The notes beneath the pieces are model-generated. The model did no database searches. It had not been told where the DNA came from and was given only the letters and a program-made list of their open reading frames with translations. A stretch of 64,000 nucleotides of DNA from Spirochaetia bacterium (GTDB lineage Bacteria > Spirochaetota > Spirochaetia > CAKZLE01). Location of the stretch: the NCBI GenBank assembly GCA_021736385.1, contig JAIPFY010000001.1, positions 9,457-73,456 on the forward strand, given 5' to 3'. A program made the translations under genes and the position numbers. Below, piece by piece: positions 10,009-20,151 of this stretch. The first letter of the stretch is position 1, and each line of letters begins with the position of its first letter.

Positions 10009-10977
10009 ATGACACAGAGCATGTTGAGGAAGATTATTCTTCTCGTATTAATACTAGCTGTAATGACTTTTTTTACGATCATGAGTCCCTACTTTTTTAC
10101 AGCGAATAACCTGTTTACCCTTCTTCAAGAAGCATCATTTCTGGGGATAGCAGCAGTTGGTGTGACATTCGTCATGATTGCCGGTGGACTGGATCTTTCC
10201 ATAGGATCAGCAACAGCACTTACTGCGATGGTTTGCATAAACTTTCTTGAGTATACCAATCTTCCTGTATTGCTATTTCTTCCTATCTCACTTTTAGCAG
10301 GTGCGTTTGTCGGGACATTCAATGGATTTGTCATAAACAGGTTCAAACTTCCAGATTTCATAGTGACACTCTCAAGTAAAGGTGTCTTCAGCGGATTGGC
10401 ATTGGTAATTGCCGTTAAGGAGAATGGATTCGTATCCAATGTCTTTATTGACAATCCCACCTATCTCTGGTTTGCAGGGAAACTGGGGCCACTTTACTAT
10501 GTGACCATAGCATTCGTCATCATCGCCATTGGAGGACATTTCCTTCTCAAATGGACCAAGTTCGGTACCTATGTCTATGCAGTTGGTGCTAATAAGAATG
10601 CAGCTATGCTCTCTGGTGTTGATATCAAACAGATCAAATATGGTGTCTACATCCTCGCAGGTGTAGCAGCATCTATAACTGCGATCTTCCAGTCTTCTCG
10701 AATGATGACCGCAATGCCTGAGATGGGTATTGGAACAGAGTTGGATATCATTGCAGCAATCGTTATCGGTGGTACAGCATTCCGAGGTGGCCGTGGCGAT
10801 ATCATAGGCACGGTGATGGGAGTCTTATTCCTGACAATCGTTAAGAATGGTATCTTCAAACTGCAGATTACACCTGCAATTCAGCAGATCGTCATCGGCG
10901 GTATCATTATTGCAGCTGTCGTATTCGATGAGTGGTATAGAAACTATTCAGCACGAAAACGAAATATGGTCGTATAG
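10009..10977 (+). CDS. Sugar ABC permease (RbsC family)
   Basis: GGLDLSIGS, YAVGANKNAAMLSGV, ELDIIAAIVIGG. Confidence 0.92.
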   Translation: MTQSMLRKIILLVLILAVMTFFTIMSPYFFTANNLFTLLQEASFLGIAAVGVTFVMIAGGLDLSIGSATALTAMVCINFLEYTNLPVLLFLPISLLAGAFVGTFNGFVINRFKLPDFIVTLSSKGVFSGLALVIAVKENGFVSNVFIDNPTYLWFAGKLGPLYYVTIAFVIIAIGGHFLLKWTKFGTYVYAVGANKNAAMLSGVDIKQIKYGVYILAGVAASITAIFQSSRMMTAMPEMGIGTELDIIAAIVIGGTAFRGGRGDIIGTVMGVLFLTIVKNGIFKLQITPAIQQIVIGGIIIAAVVFDEWYRNYSARKRNMVV

Positions 10978-10979
10978 GA

Positions 10980-12509
10980 ATGGGTAATAACATTATGAGT
11001 ACAAATACGAATGATATCCTTGTGCAAGGAAAGCATGTTACAAAGTCCTATCATGGAAATGTTGTATTAGAAGATATAGAGTTTGATATCAGAAGAGGAG
11101 AGGTTCATTCTCTCGTTGGTGAGAATGGAGCCGGCAAGTCCACTCTCGTTAAGATCATCACTGGAGTAACCCCCAGAAATAATGGTGAAGTTGACTTCGA
11201 TGGACATGAACTTCCGATCGATTTTCCAAGGACCTTTGTTGAGAAACTCGGGATTGCAGTCATCTTCCAGGAATTGAGTCTGATCCCCGGTCTGACAGTT
11301 GCTCAGAATATTTTTCTAGGACGAGAACCAAAACTGGGAAAGACTCGACTTATCGATAAGAAGAAGATGGTTACAGATGCTGAAGCTATAATTAAAAAAT
11401 ACAACTTCCCCCTTGACCCCAAGGCAGAGATAGATAGCTTGAGTATCGGTAAACGACAACTTGTAGAGATCCTGAAGGCCCTATCGATGGATTCAAAATT
11501 GATGATCATGGATGAGCCTACAGCCTCATTGAACCTTAAAGAATCAAAACTCCTCTTTGATATCATCAAGAATCTTAGAGAAGAGGGCGTGAGTATCCTC
11601 TATATATCGCATCGAATGGAAGAAGTTTTTGAACTCTCTGATAGAGTAACAGTATTACGTGACGGTCAGAAGGTAGCCCTACTTGATAGAGAGGAGATTA
11701 GTCCTGAAAGGATCATCTCACTCATGATCGGAAGAGACTTGAGTGTCTCAGACTATGAAGAGAGTGTATTGAAGACAGTCTCAGGAGATACGATCCTGGA
11801 GGTCAAAAAGCTGTGCAGTGAGAAGAAGTTCTCAGATATATCATTTTCCCTTAATAAGGGTGAGATTCTTGGCATTTCAGGTCTTGTCGGTTCAGGAAGG
11901 ACTGAGATCGTAAGAGCTATCTACGGGGTAGATCCAATAACCTCAGGTTCTGTCTTGTTTGACGGGAAAGAGATTACGCCGACTGTCAAACAGTCAATCA
12001 GTCTTGGTTTCGGATTCGTTCCAGAAGATAGAAGACAACAAGGTGTATTCATGCAGCTTCCTATCAATAAGAATATCTGTTCGACCAACTTCGATCGATA
12101 TACCAGAATGGGATTTGTCAATGAGAAGGGTGAAGATGCTATCGCTGAGAGTGGGATCAATATGGTGAGTATAAAACCAAAAGATCCAAACTATATAGTC
12201 GGGAACCTTTCCGGTGGTAATCAGCAGAAAGTAGTACTGGCAAAATGGCTGGTACGTGATCTGTCTATCCTTATCATCGATGAACCTACTGCAGGTATCG
12301 ATGTCGGAGCTAAAGATGAGATCTATTCAGTCATAAACAATCTTGCACGTAAGGGTGTCGGAGTTCTTCTGATCTCTTCAGACCTTCCTGAGTTGACCCG
12401 CCTTTCTGATAGGATCATAGTCTTGAGAGAGGGTAAGATGATCAAAGAATTCAAGGATCAGAGTATAACGGAAGAAGAGGTTCTACGAGCATCTTCTGGA
12501 TTAATATAG
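10980..12509 (+). CDS. Sugar ABC ATP-binding protein (RbsA family)
   Basis: GENGAGKST, MDEPT, LSGGNQQKV, two ABC domains. Confidence 0.95.
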   Translation: MGNNIMSTNTNDILVQGKHVTKSYHGNVVLEDIEFDIRRGEVHSLVGENGAGKSTLVKIITGVTPRNNGEVDFDGHELPIDFPRTFVEKLGIAVIFQELSLIPGLTVAQNIFLGREPKLGKTRLIDKKKMVTDAEAIIKKYNFPLDPKAEIDSLSIGKRQLVEILKALSMDSKLMIMDEPTASLNLKESKLLFDIIKNLREEGVSILYISHRMEEVFELSDRVTVLRDGQKVALLDREEISPERIISLMIGRDLSVSDYEESVLKTVSGDTILEVKKLCSEKKFSDISFSLNKGEILGISGLVGSGRTEIVRAIYGVDPITSGSVLFDGKEITPTVKQSISLGFGFVPEDRRQQGVFMQLPINKNICSTNFDRYTRMGFVNEKGEDAIAESGINMVSIKPKDPNYIVGNLSGGNQQKVVLAKWLVRDLSILIIDEPTAGIDVGAKDEIYSVINNLARKGVGVLLISSDLPELTRLSDRIIVLREGKMIKEFKDQSITEEEVLRASSGLI

Positions 12510-12519
12510 GGGGAGTATA

Positions 12520-13485
12520 ATGATTCCAAAACTATTTCATAAATATAAACTACTGTTCATCCTCATTTTGATGGCAGCAGTATTATCAATAATCTCTCCC
12601 AGATTCCTGACAAAAGAGAATCTATCAAATGTCTTATGGTCTATCAGTATCGTCGGGATTATGGTGTCAGGTACGATCTATTCTCCGATCACTTCGGGTG
12701 TAGACCTCTCTGTAGGATCGCTTGCAGCACTATCCGGAGTCCTGTTTGCCAAGTTCATGATAACCTTCGGGTTTGGTTTGATCCCCAGTATACTTCTTAC
12801 GATCGCTATTGCATGTACTATCGGATTCATCCATGGGCTTATCATAACCAGGATCAATGTCCCTCCACTGATCATAACCATGGCAGCGAAGACCTATCTG
12901 TTTGGTATCGCTATGTTAATCTCAAAAGGTGAGATGATCCCTATCATGGAACCTAGCTCCTTCATGGCTATCGGTGGAGGCAAGATCCTTGGTTTCCCTA
13001 TCCCTATCTTCATCATGGTCATTTTCATCCTCTTGAGTCATATCCTACTCAAGAAGACTGCCTATGGTAGAAAAGCACTGGCCGTCGGGGCAAACCCAGT
13101 GACGGCAGAACTCTCAGGTATCGATGCAATGCAGATCCAGACGATCGCCTATATCCTATCTGCCTTCACAGCAGCAATAGCGGGACTGGTTCTCTGTTCA
13201 ATATCACAGCTTGCCTATGCACTTCTTGGACAGGGATTAGAGCTTGAAGTCATCACCGCTATCGTACTTGGGGGAACACCGTTGGGTGGTGGAGGATTCG
13301 GAACAGTATTCGGTGCTCTCATCGGAACCGTTATGGTTGGATTCATTGGAAACGGTCTGAATCTGATGAATGTCCCCTCATCATTCCATCCGATTGTGAC
13401 TGGTCTGGTGATCATCAGTGCTCTGGCATTGAATGAGAACCTGAGAATGGGATCCGGTACAAAATTAAAGAAGGCTAAACTGTAG
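12520..13485 (+). CDS. Second sugar ABC permease (RbsC family)
   Basis: GVDLSVGS, AVGANPVTAELSGI, ELEVITAIVLGG. Confidence 0.92.
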   Translation: MIPKLFHKYKLLFILILMAAVLSIISPRFLTKENLSNVLWSISIVGIMVSGTIYSPITSGVDLSVGSLAALSGVLFAKFMITFGFGLIPSILLTIAIACTIGFIHGLIITRINVPPLIITMAAKTYLFGIAMLISKGEMIPIMEPSSFMAIGGGKILGFPIPIFIMVIFILLSHILLKKTAYGRKALAVGANPVTAELSGIDAMQIQTIAYILSAFTAAIAGLVLCSISQLAYALLGQGLELEVITAIVLGGTPLGGGGFGTVFGALIGTVMVGFIGNGLNLMNVPSSFHPIVTGLVIISALALNENLRMGSGTKLKKAKL

Positions 13486-13493
13486 ATCTGTTT

Positions 13494-14225
13494 TTATCTG
13501 GTCAACTGGTCATTGAAGAGCTGGGCGTGTGCAAAGTGTTCTCTAAGCGCATATTCAGCTTTTTTTACATCCCTGTCTTTGATAGCTTCAAGGATAGAAC
13601 AGTGTTCATGAATCGCATCAGATAGCCTCTGATTAATGGATTCTTTGTCTATATGATCAGCAAGTGAATTTAGAATATCTAGCATAGCGACATTCAATCT
13701 AGTTAATTCAGTCTTTAATACAATATTCTTAGAATAGGCTGCCAATCTCAGATGGAACAGCATATCTTCATTGAAGGAGAAGCGACCCTCTCTATAATGA
13801 TCAGCCTGCTGAGCTTGTAGTTGTGCTAACGCTTCAAGTTCTTCATCTGTAGAGTTCTTGATCACGAGTTTTACCGCATAAACTTCAAGTTCTCTTCGTA
13901 CATTGGCAAGGGAGACAAAGTCATCTTTACTGGTATTGGTAATATTAGCAATCAGACCTTCAAGAACCTCAATCTCAGTCTCTCTGATATAGGTTCCACT
14001 CTGTGGTAGGGTATAGACGATTCCATAGGTCTCAAGACGTTTCATTGCCTTACTTATCACAATACGCGGAAGCCCCATCCTCTCTTCTAACCTCTTCTCT
14101 GAAGGGAGTCTATCTCCTGGATTGAGTTTCCTCTCAACGATAAGTGTCTGAATCTGCTCGATTACAAGATCTGTCAGATCCTGTTGTTCTATCTTGTTGA
14201 AGTAATTAATTATGTTCTTTTTCAT
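13494..14225 (-). CDS. GntR/FadR-family regulator
   Basis: PGDRLPSE winged HTH, GTYI, FCD domain with FH..EH..H. Confidence 0.9.
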   Translation of the reverse strand: MKKNIINYFNKIEQQDLTDLVIEQIQTLIVERKLNPGDRLPSEKRLEERMGLPRIVISKAMKRLETYGIVYTLPQSGTYIRETEIEVLEGLIANITNTSKDDFVSLANVRRELEVYAVKLVIKNSTDEELEALAQLQAQQADHYREGRFSFNEDMLFHLRLAAYSKNIVLKTELTRLNVAMLDILNSLADHIDKESINQRLSDAIHEHCSILEAIKDRDVKKAEYALREHFAHAQLFNDQLTR

Positions 14226-14483
14226 CTAGGTACCTCATTGATGATTATACAGGAGAGATGGGAAACTGTCACCTAACAGTCAGATAAGAATGCATAAGAA
14301 CAACCATACTAGGAGTACAGCCCCCAATACAGGGGGAATCGCTCCCAACAGGACTCACATGATCACGATACATGGTGATCATCGTAGATTACCGCTATGA
14401 TTATCACATAGCCTCTTGTATATAGCCAGGGAGAGGGCTAACCCACCCCATATGGGCATGGAAGAGGGCTATTCACCCTTCCT

Positions 14484-15107
14484 CTATGCCTGTAGCGCAT
14501 GTAATTTCTTGAGATTGTAGGCCAAACAGACCAGGTCCCATTCTCCCTGGGCGGACTCCACTCCTCGAAGTAGAAACTGACGAAATCCCATCACTGATTT
14601 GATGACCCCACATACCGGTTCGACGGTGCTCTTTCGTTTTGCGTAGATCTCATGCCCCGCATCCGTCTGCAACCGATACTTCATAAGCTCTACGGTATCT
14701 GCACCATCAGGCGGTCCTTCAAGCGGTTCTCCTGCAAGACGCTTATCCAACCACCGGTTATGCTTCTCCCGATGTGTACAGATATAGGGTACGATCGTAT
14801 GCTTCTCACACTGTTTTACATTCGATGCACTGAAATATCCGGTATCTGCAAGTAATCCGTGTACGGTCCCTATCGTATCAGGAAGCTCCTCCAGGGCCTC
14901 TAATGCTGGTATTACTTCCTGCTTATCATTCGTATGCTGACTCAGATGCTGCCCTACGATCAGCATGCTATCACTATCAACACGTGCCTGTCCGTTATAC
15001 CCCTGTACGAACCCTCCGCCAGATTGTGGCATGATTCGGGATTCTTCATCGGTAAGGTTCACCTGATCTGTATCTCTTGGCCCGGGTGTTGGTGGTTTCG
15101 GTTTTTC
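14484..15107 (-). pseudogene. IS1182-family transposase, C-terminal fragment
   Basis: QVNLTDEESRIM, QGYNGQ, LADTGYFS, RKSTVEPV, GFRQFLLRG, AYNLKK; N-terminal half missing. Confidence 0.85.
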
Positions 15108-15280
15108 GGTTCAACATTAATTTCTGTCTAATTTTTCATCTTTGATAAGATTTACGGCTAGCATGCATAATCTTCTAAAAGAAGTATTGGGTATCAGAAA
15201 TACCATACGATTTCTTACGGATGGTTTTTATAAGATTATGGATCTGAAGTTTTCTCCATGTAATGCTGTGAGTGATGAGC
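15108..15280 (-). mobile_element. ISL3-family remnant (right end and transposase C-terminus)
   Basis: Minus strand reads HNLIKTIRKKSYGISDTQYFF*KIMHASR, like the ISL3 C-terminal motif, and ends TTGAACC at 15108. Confidence 0.65.
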
Positions 15281-15322
15281 AGTGTTGCAGTGATGTGTCA
15301 TCGAAAAGAGCAGATCAATCTA

Positions 15323-15456
15323 ATCACTCATAGTCACCGAACCGCTATACGCAGGATAGCTGTCATGAACCTCAATGACTGCCTGAGAAGACACTGTGCA
15401 TCCTCGAAGATGCCTTCCAACGAGTCGATCGGAATCCCGGGGAGCCTCCCCAGAGC
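15323..15456. repeat. 134-bp direct repeat, right copy (includes 3' end of the small carboxylase-subunit gene)
   Basis: Matches 6168-6301 with two substitutions. Confidence 0.95.
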
Positions 15457-15758
15457 GACCCATGTCTTCCCGGGACCTCAGCTGCAGAGATCTTCGCAGT
15501 CGGTTCAGGGGAAGAGCGTGGCAGGTCCCGGTACCGGTGACAGGCAGCGGCTATCGCTAGTGCGATCGCTGCTGTCTCCTGCTCAGAGCAATCAGACGGT
15601 CCAGGGGAAGCCTGAACCGGTGCTGAGGGAGCTCGGTCCTCACAGCGCTGTGAGATCATCCTGACCAGATGCGCCGACAGGTAGATCAGTCCCATGATGA
15701 TCACACTGCGCAGCACCCCGTCAGTCAGGGCCTCTGCGGCACTCACATACTGCTGCAT
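15372..15758 (-). CDS. Small accessory subunit of carboxyltransferase (OadG/MmdD- or epsilon-like)
   Basis: SD AAGGAG; one TM, Pro/Ala linker, ETAAIALAIAAA, C-terminal WKASSR; directly after the carboxyltransferase. Confidence 0.6.
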   Translation of the reverse strand: MQQYVSAAEALTDGVLRSVIIMGLIYLSAHLVRMISQRCEDRAPSAPVQASPGPSDCSEQETAAIALAIAAACHRYRDLPRSSPEPTAKISAAEVPGRHGSLWGGSPGFRSTRWKASSRMHSVFSGSH

Positions 15759-15771
15759 CACGACTTCTCCT

Positions 15772-17319
15772 TCATACCGGCATGAGCCCGTGTTTCTTTG
15801 GAGGGAGTGTCTCTCGCTTCTGTGAGAGCTGATCAAAGATCCGGATCAGTGCAGACCTGGTCTGTGAGGGTATGATCACATCATCGATGTAGTTCTTGCC
15901 TGCAGCGACGTAGGGATTGAGGAACTGCTCCCGATAGGACTCGATTCGCTGCTGCTGCTCCTTCTGAGGATCTTTCGCCCCGTCGATCTCTTTCCTGAAG
16001 ATGATCGAGGCTGCGCCCTGTGCTCCCATGACGGCGATCTCAGCTGTAGGCCAGGCCAGCACCATATCGGCCCCGAGCTCTTTCGAACACATCCCGAGGT
16101 ATGAGCCGCCGAAAGCCTTTCGCAGGATGACGGTCACCTTCGGCACAGTCGCTTCACTGTAGGCATAGAGCATCTTGGCCCCGTGACGTATGACCCCGCC
16201 GTACTCCTGACCGGTACCGGGAAGGAATCCGGGCACATCAACGAGATTGAGCAGCGGGAGATTATATGCGTTGCAGATCCTGATGAACCTGCTTGCTTTG
16301 TCAGATGCGTTGATATCCATGCAGCCGGCCATGACCTTCGGCTGGTTGGCCACCACCCCGACACTCCGTCCTGATATATGGATGAAGCCCGTGATGATGT
16401 TCTTCGCATAGCCGGCACTGACCTCGAAGAACGTTCCCCCGTCGGCGATCGCCCCGATCACCTGCTTCATATCATAGGAGCGCTGTGACTGATCAGGGAT
16501 GATCGTATCAAGCTCAGCGATGCTGCGCATCGGATCGGCTGTACGCTCACCTGCTGGAGGATCATCCATGTTGTTCGAAGGAAGGTATGACAGGAGGGTG
16601 CGGACCTGTTCAAGACAGGACTGTTCATCATCACACAGGAAGTGGGCGACACCGCTCACCTCGTTGTGGGTCTGTGCCCCTCCGAGGGCCTCAGCGGTCA
16701 CCTCTTCGCCGGTCACTGTCTTGATGACATCCGGTCCGGTGAGAAACATCTTGCCGGTCCCTTTGACCATGAAGATGAAATCGGTCAGTGCCGGTGAATA
16801 GGAGGCGCCGCCTGCACAGGGACCCATGATGACCGAGATCTGGGGGATCACCCCGCTCGATACCGCATTCTGATGGAAGATCGAGCCGTATCCGGACATC
16901 GAATCCACACCTTCCTGGATCCGTGCCCCGCCGGAATCATTCAACCCCACGATCGGGGAACCTGTCTTGAGAGCGAGCTGCATGATGTTCAGGATCTTCT
17001 GTGCATGCATCTTGCCAAGAGATCCTCCCATGATCGTATAATCCTGTGCGAAGGCATAGACCGGTCTGTCATCGACAGTCCCGAAGCCGGTGATCACCGC
17101 ATCGTAGGGGATCTCTTTGGCATCCATGCCGAAATCGACACTCTGGTGGACTGCGAAGGCCCCGATCTCCATGAAACTGCCGGGATCAAAGAACCGTTCC
17201 AGTCGCTCACGAGCAGTATACTTGCCCTGTTCATGCTGACGTGTGACCCGTTCACTTCCGCCTGCCTCAAGAAGCTGCTCTTTCCGTGCTTTCAGTCGCT
17301 CAAGCTCCACTGTTCCCAT
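15772..17319 (-). CDS. mmdA: Methylmalonyl-CoA decarboxylase alpha / propionyl-CoA carboxylase beta carboxyltransferase
   Basis: DSGGARIQEG, GPCAGGASYSPALTDF, DVPGFLPG, KKHGLMP. Confidence 0.88.
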   Translation of the reverse strand: MGTVELERLKARKEQLLEAGGSERVTRQHEQGKYTARERLERFFDPGSFMEIGAFAVHQSVDFGMDAKEIPYDAVITGFGTVDDRPVYAFAQDYTIMGGSLGKMHAQKILNIMQLALKTGSPIVGLNDSGGARIQEGVDSMSGYGSIFHQNAVSSGVIPQISVIMGPCAGGASYSPALTDFIFMVKGTGKMFLTGPDVIKTVTGEEVTAEALGGAQTHNEVSGVAHFLCDDEQSCLEQVRTLLSYLPSNNMDDPPAGERTADPMRSIAELDTIIPDQSQRSYDMKQVIGAIADGGTFFEVSAGYAKNIITGFIHISGRSVGVVANQPKVMAGCMDINASDKASRFIRICNAYNLPLLNLVDVPGFLPGTGQEYGGVIRHGAKMLYAYSEATVPKVTVILRKAFGGSYLGMCSKELGADMVLAWPTAEIAVMGAQGAASIIFRKEIDGAKDPQKEQQQRIESYREQFLNPYVAAGKNYIDDVIIPSQTRSALIRIFDQLSQKRETLPPKKHGLMPV

Positions 17320-17398
17320 GGTACCCTGCCTTGTTGGCCGTACGGAAGCGATGAGGCGTTACACTGACAATCTTGTTCTACTGTGATGATTATAGTCG

Positions 17399-17818
17399 TT
17401 ATCTTCTGTCCCCGAGGACCTTGAGCAGCTTCTTGAGCACCTCTTCCTCTTCAGGAGAGAACTCACCGAGCACCTTCTCATTCGCCTCGAGCGTGATCCG
17501 TGTAGCGATGTCTTCCACCTCGAAGCCCCGCTGCGTCAGGAACACACTCTGAGCCCTGCGGTCCTGAGGATCGGCCCGTCTCTCGATGAAGCCTTTTGCC
17601 TCCATCCGGTCAATGATCCCGGTCATCGTGGAAGCATTCACTGAAAGTTCATCTGACAGAGCCTTCAGGCCTTGACCATCCTGCTTATAGAGGCAGTTAA
17701 GCACCCCGCACTGTACCGGAGTTATTTCGTAGTCCGCAAGCATCAATTTGAATTCCTGATTGACCGCCAGTTGTGCTTTTGTCAGAAGAAAATTGACGCA
17801 TGAGTTCAGTTCTACCAT
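17399..17818 (-). CDS. MarR-family regulator
   Basis: STMTGIIDRMEAKGFIER, DRR, LT..G. Confidence 0.92.
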   Translation of the reverse strand: MVELNSCVNFLLTKAQLAVNQEFKLMLADYEITPVQCGVLNCLYKQDGQGLKALSDELSVNASTMTGIIDRMEAKGFIERRADPQDRRAQSVFLTQRGFEVEDIATRITLEANEKVLGEFSPEEEEVLKKLLKVLGDRR

Positions 17819-17995
17819 TTCGTACCTCTTTTTTTACCCTACCATATACTACACGGACATATTATCAACAACGAAGCTATAGGAACAGACCGTTCATTCA
17901 TTTTCACAGTAAAACCCTGTAAAGACTGCAGTGATACCTCCATTTCCATACTGGTTCTCGTATGTGTAATATGCATACATGTAATTTGTATCCAT

Positions 17996-18024
17996 ATTAT
18001 ATACATCCTAATTTTTTAAGTCAA
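17996..18024 (-). promoter_or_regulatory. Near-consensus sigma70 promoter of marR-mmdA
   Basis: TTGACT-N17-TATAAT on the minus strand. Confidence 0.75.
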
Positions 18025-18293
18025 TAAAGCATTCTGCTTTATACCTGACTGCTTCACCCGCTGATCCATACTCTGCCGCGGCAGGAGAGCAACAACGTTG
18101 TCCGCCTGCCGCAATGCAGCCTATGGATCCAAAGCTACCAGTCCGCATGCAGAGGGCATCTTCCTACGAGACTCCCATCCACATGCTTCATATCCGGCTG
18201 CAGACGATCGACAGGCTGACGTATTCATATTGAATCACCTGTCCCCTGCAGCAAAGAATGCATCCATGCTCAGGCCGTTCGATCGGCTCCGGT

Positions 18294-19313
18294 TCAGCAC
18301 ATCTCTCGAAGCAGTTCTTCTGAGAGTGCAGGCACGATCGTGAACAGGTCACCGACAAGTCGGAAGTCTGCGATCGCATGGATGGGTGCATTGGCATTCG
18401 TGTTGATAGTGATGATGCATTCTGACTCGGACATCCCCGCCAGATGCTGGACGGCACCTGAGATACCGCAGGCGATGTACACCTTCGGTCGTACCGTGGT
18501 CCCGGTCTGACCGACCTGATGTGAGGAGTGGATCCATCCGCTGTCAACTGCGGCACGGGAAGCCCCGACCACTCCGCCGAACTGATCGGCAAGCTTCTGC
18601 AGCAGAGCGAACCCCTCAGGTCCCCCTACCCCTCTTCCGCCGGAGATGATGATCTCCGCATCACCGAGTGATACGCGTTTCTTCACCTCTTTGACGATCT
18701 CCTTCACGCGCGCGATGATATCATCTTCAGCGATCTCCGGTGTGATCCTGATGATCTCTGCATGCCGCTTCGCATGCGGGGCACAGACCATCACCCCGGG
18801 TCTGACCGTAGAGATCTGCGGTCTGTTCCGCGGGCAGACGATCACTGCCATGAGGTTCCCCCCGAAGGCCGGTCGTGTCTGCAGCAGTCTGCCGTCTGTC
18901 TCATCGATATCGAGTCCGGTACAGTCGGCAGTCAGTCCGGTCCCCAGGCTTGCCGCGAGTCTTGGTGCCAGGTCTCTTCCCAGAGAGGTCGCTCCCACCA
19001 GGACGATCTCAGGCTGTTCGGCAAGGACCAGCTCATTGAGGACCTTCTTGTACCCGTCAGTCGTGTAATCCTTGAGCAGAGGGTGTTCTGCGTAGATGAC
19101 CCGGTCAGCTCCGTAATCAGCTGCCTGGCTGACCTCCTCATCCATCTCATACCCGAGGATCACCACTGTCAGTTGAGACCCGCGCTTATCGGCGAGTCTG
19201 CGGCCCTCACCCATCAGTTCATAGGTCACATGCAGCAGCTTCCCTCCTCGCTGCTCAGCGATGACCCATACACCCTTCCATTGATCCAGTTCTAATGCTC
19301 TATTTGCTTTCAT
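18294..19313 (-). CDS. etfA: Electron transfer flavoprotein alpha subunit
   Basis: GLTADCT, RPAFGGN, QVGQTG, GISGAVQH. Confidence 0.95.
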   Translation of the reverse strand: MKANRALELDQWKGVWVIAEQRGGKLLHVTYELMGEGRRLADKRGSQLTVVILGYEMDEEVSQAADYGADRVIYAEHPLLKDYTTDGYKKVLNELVLAEQPEIVLVGATSLGRDLAPRLAASLGTGLTADCTGLDIDETDGRLLQTRPAFGGNLMAVIVCPRNRPQISTVRPGVMVCAPHAKRHAEIIRITPEIAEDDIIARVKEIVKEVKKRVSLGDAEIIISGGRGVGGPEGFALLQKLADQFGGVVGASRAAVDSGWIHSSHQVGQTGTTVRPKVYIACGISGAVQHLAGMSESECIITINTNANAPIHAIADFRLVGDLFTIVPALSEELLREMC

Positions 19314-20125
19314 GTTGCGTCTCTCCCAATGATCTTGACCGAGTCCATGGCTGCGAGCCTCTTGATCAGTTCCCCTGCCATCTCCGCAGGAGCCCCTGTC
19401 AGCTCGACACTGGTCCTTGAGCGTTCAGGTACGAAACTCTTCTTGACGTTCGTCGGCGAGTTCTTCACGCCGATCTGCGACAGATCCGCCTGGATGTCTG
19501 CATTGGTCCAGAACGCGATGTGTTCTCCCTCTTCATATGCTGCATAAATCGCCTTCATACGGGGATACCTCGGCTCGTTGAGGTCCTTGATCGCTGTCAG
19601 CAGTACCGGCATCGGTGATTCGATGACCATGTATCCGTCTTCGGTCGCCCGGGTGACCACCACGGTGGAACCGGTGATCTCCAGTCCCTGCACATAGGTC
19701 ACCTGCGGCAGACCGAGGAACTCGGCGACCTCAGGTCCGACCTGTGCGGTATCACCATCGATGGCCTGTCGACCGCAGAGGATGATGTCATATTCACCGA
19801 TATGTCTGATCGCTGCAGCGAGGATCGTTGCGGTCGCCCAGGTGTCAGAACCTGCGAAGACCCGGTCACTGAGCAGGATCGCCTTATCGGCTCCCATCGC
19901 ATAGGCTTCCCTGATCGCGACATCTGCCTGGGGGGGACCCATGCAGAGGATCGTGACGTGGACATCCTCACGGCTGTCTTTGATACGCAGGGCCTGTTCT
20001 ATGGCGTGCATATCATCAGGGTTGATGATACTCGGTACACCCTGTCTGATCAGGGTCCCGGTCTCTTTGTTGATCCGTACCTCATTGGTATCAGGTACCT
20101 GTTTTATACATACTATTATCTTCAT
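19310..20125 (-). CDS. etfB: Electron transfer flavoprotein beta subunit
   Basis: CIKQVPD, NPDD, FAGSDTWAT, GRQAIDGDTAQVGP. Confidence 0.95.
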   Translation of the reverse strand: MKIIVCIKQVPDTNEVRINKETGTLIRQGVPSIINPDDMHAIEQALRIKDSREDVHVTILCMGPPQADVAIREAYAMGADKAILLSDRVFAGSDTWATATILAAAIRHIGEYDIILCGRQAIDGDTAQVGPEVAEFLGLPQVTYVQGLEITGSTVVVTRATEDGYMVIESPMPVLLTAIKDLNEPRYPRMKAIYAAYEEGEHIAFWTNADIQADLSQIGVKNSPTNVKKSFVPERSRTSVELTGAPAEMAGELIKRLAAMDSVKIIGRDAT

Positions 20126-20151
20126 GCTGCTTTCTCCTGCGCTGTTTCGTT

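Larger units (their letters stand above)
6302..15322. mobile_element. Genomic island carrying a sugar-utilisation cassette
   Basis: Bounded by the 134-bp direct repeat, visibly more AT-rich than flanks, IS remnants at both ends; no integrase found. Confidence 0.75.

Noticed and set aside
15272..15664. 130-aa + strand ORF across the right repeat
   Set aside because: Antisense to the better-supported small subunit gene and spans the island junction
18030..18290. Hairpin GCGGCAGG/CCTGCCGC and small ORFs between etfA and marR
   Set aside because: Explained as an operon-end stem-loop; ORFs lack SD or motifs
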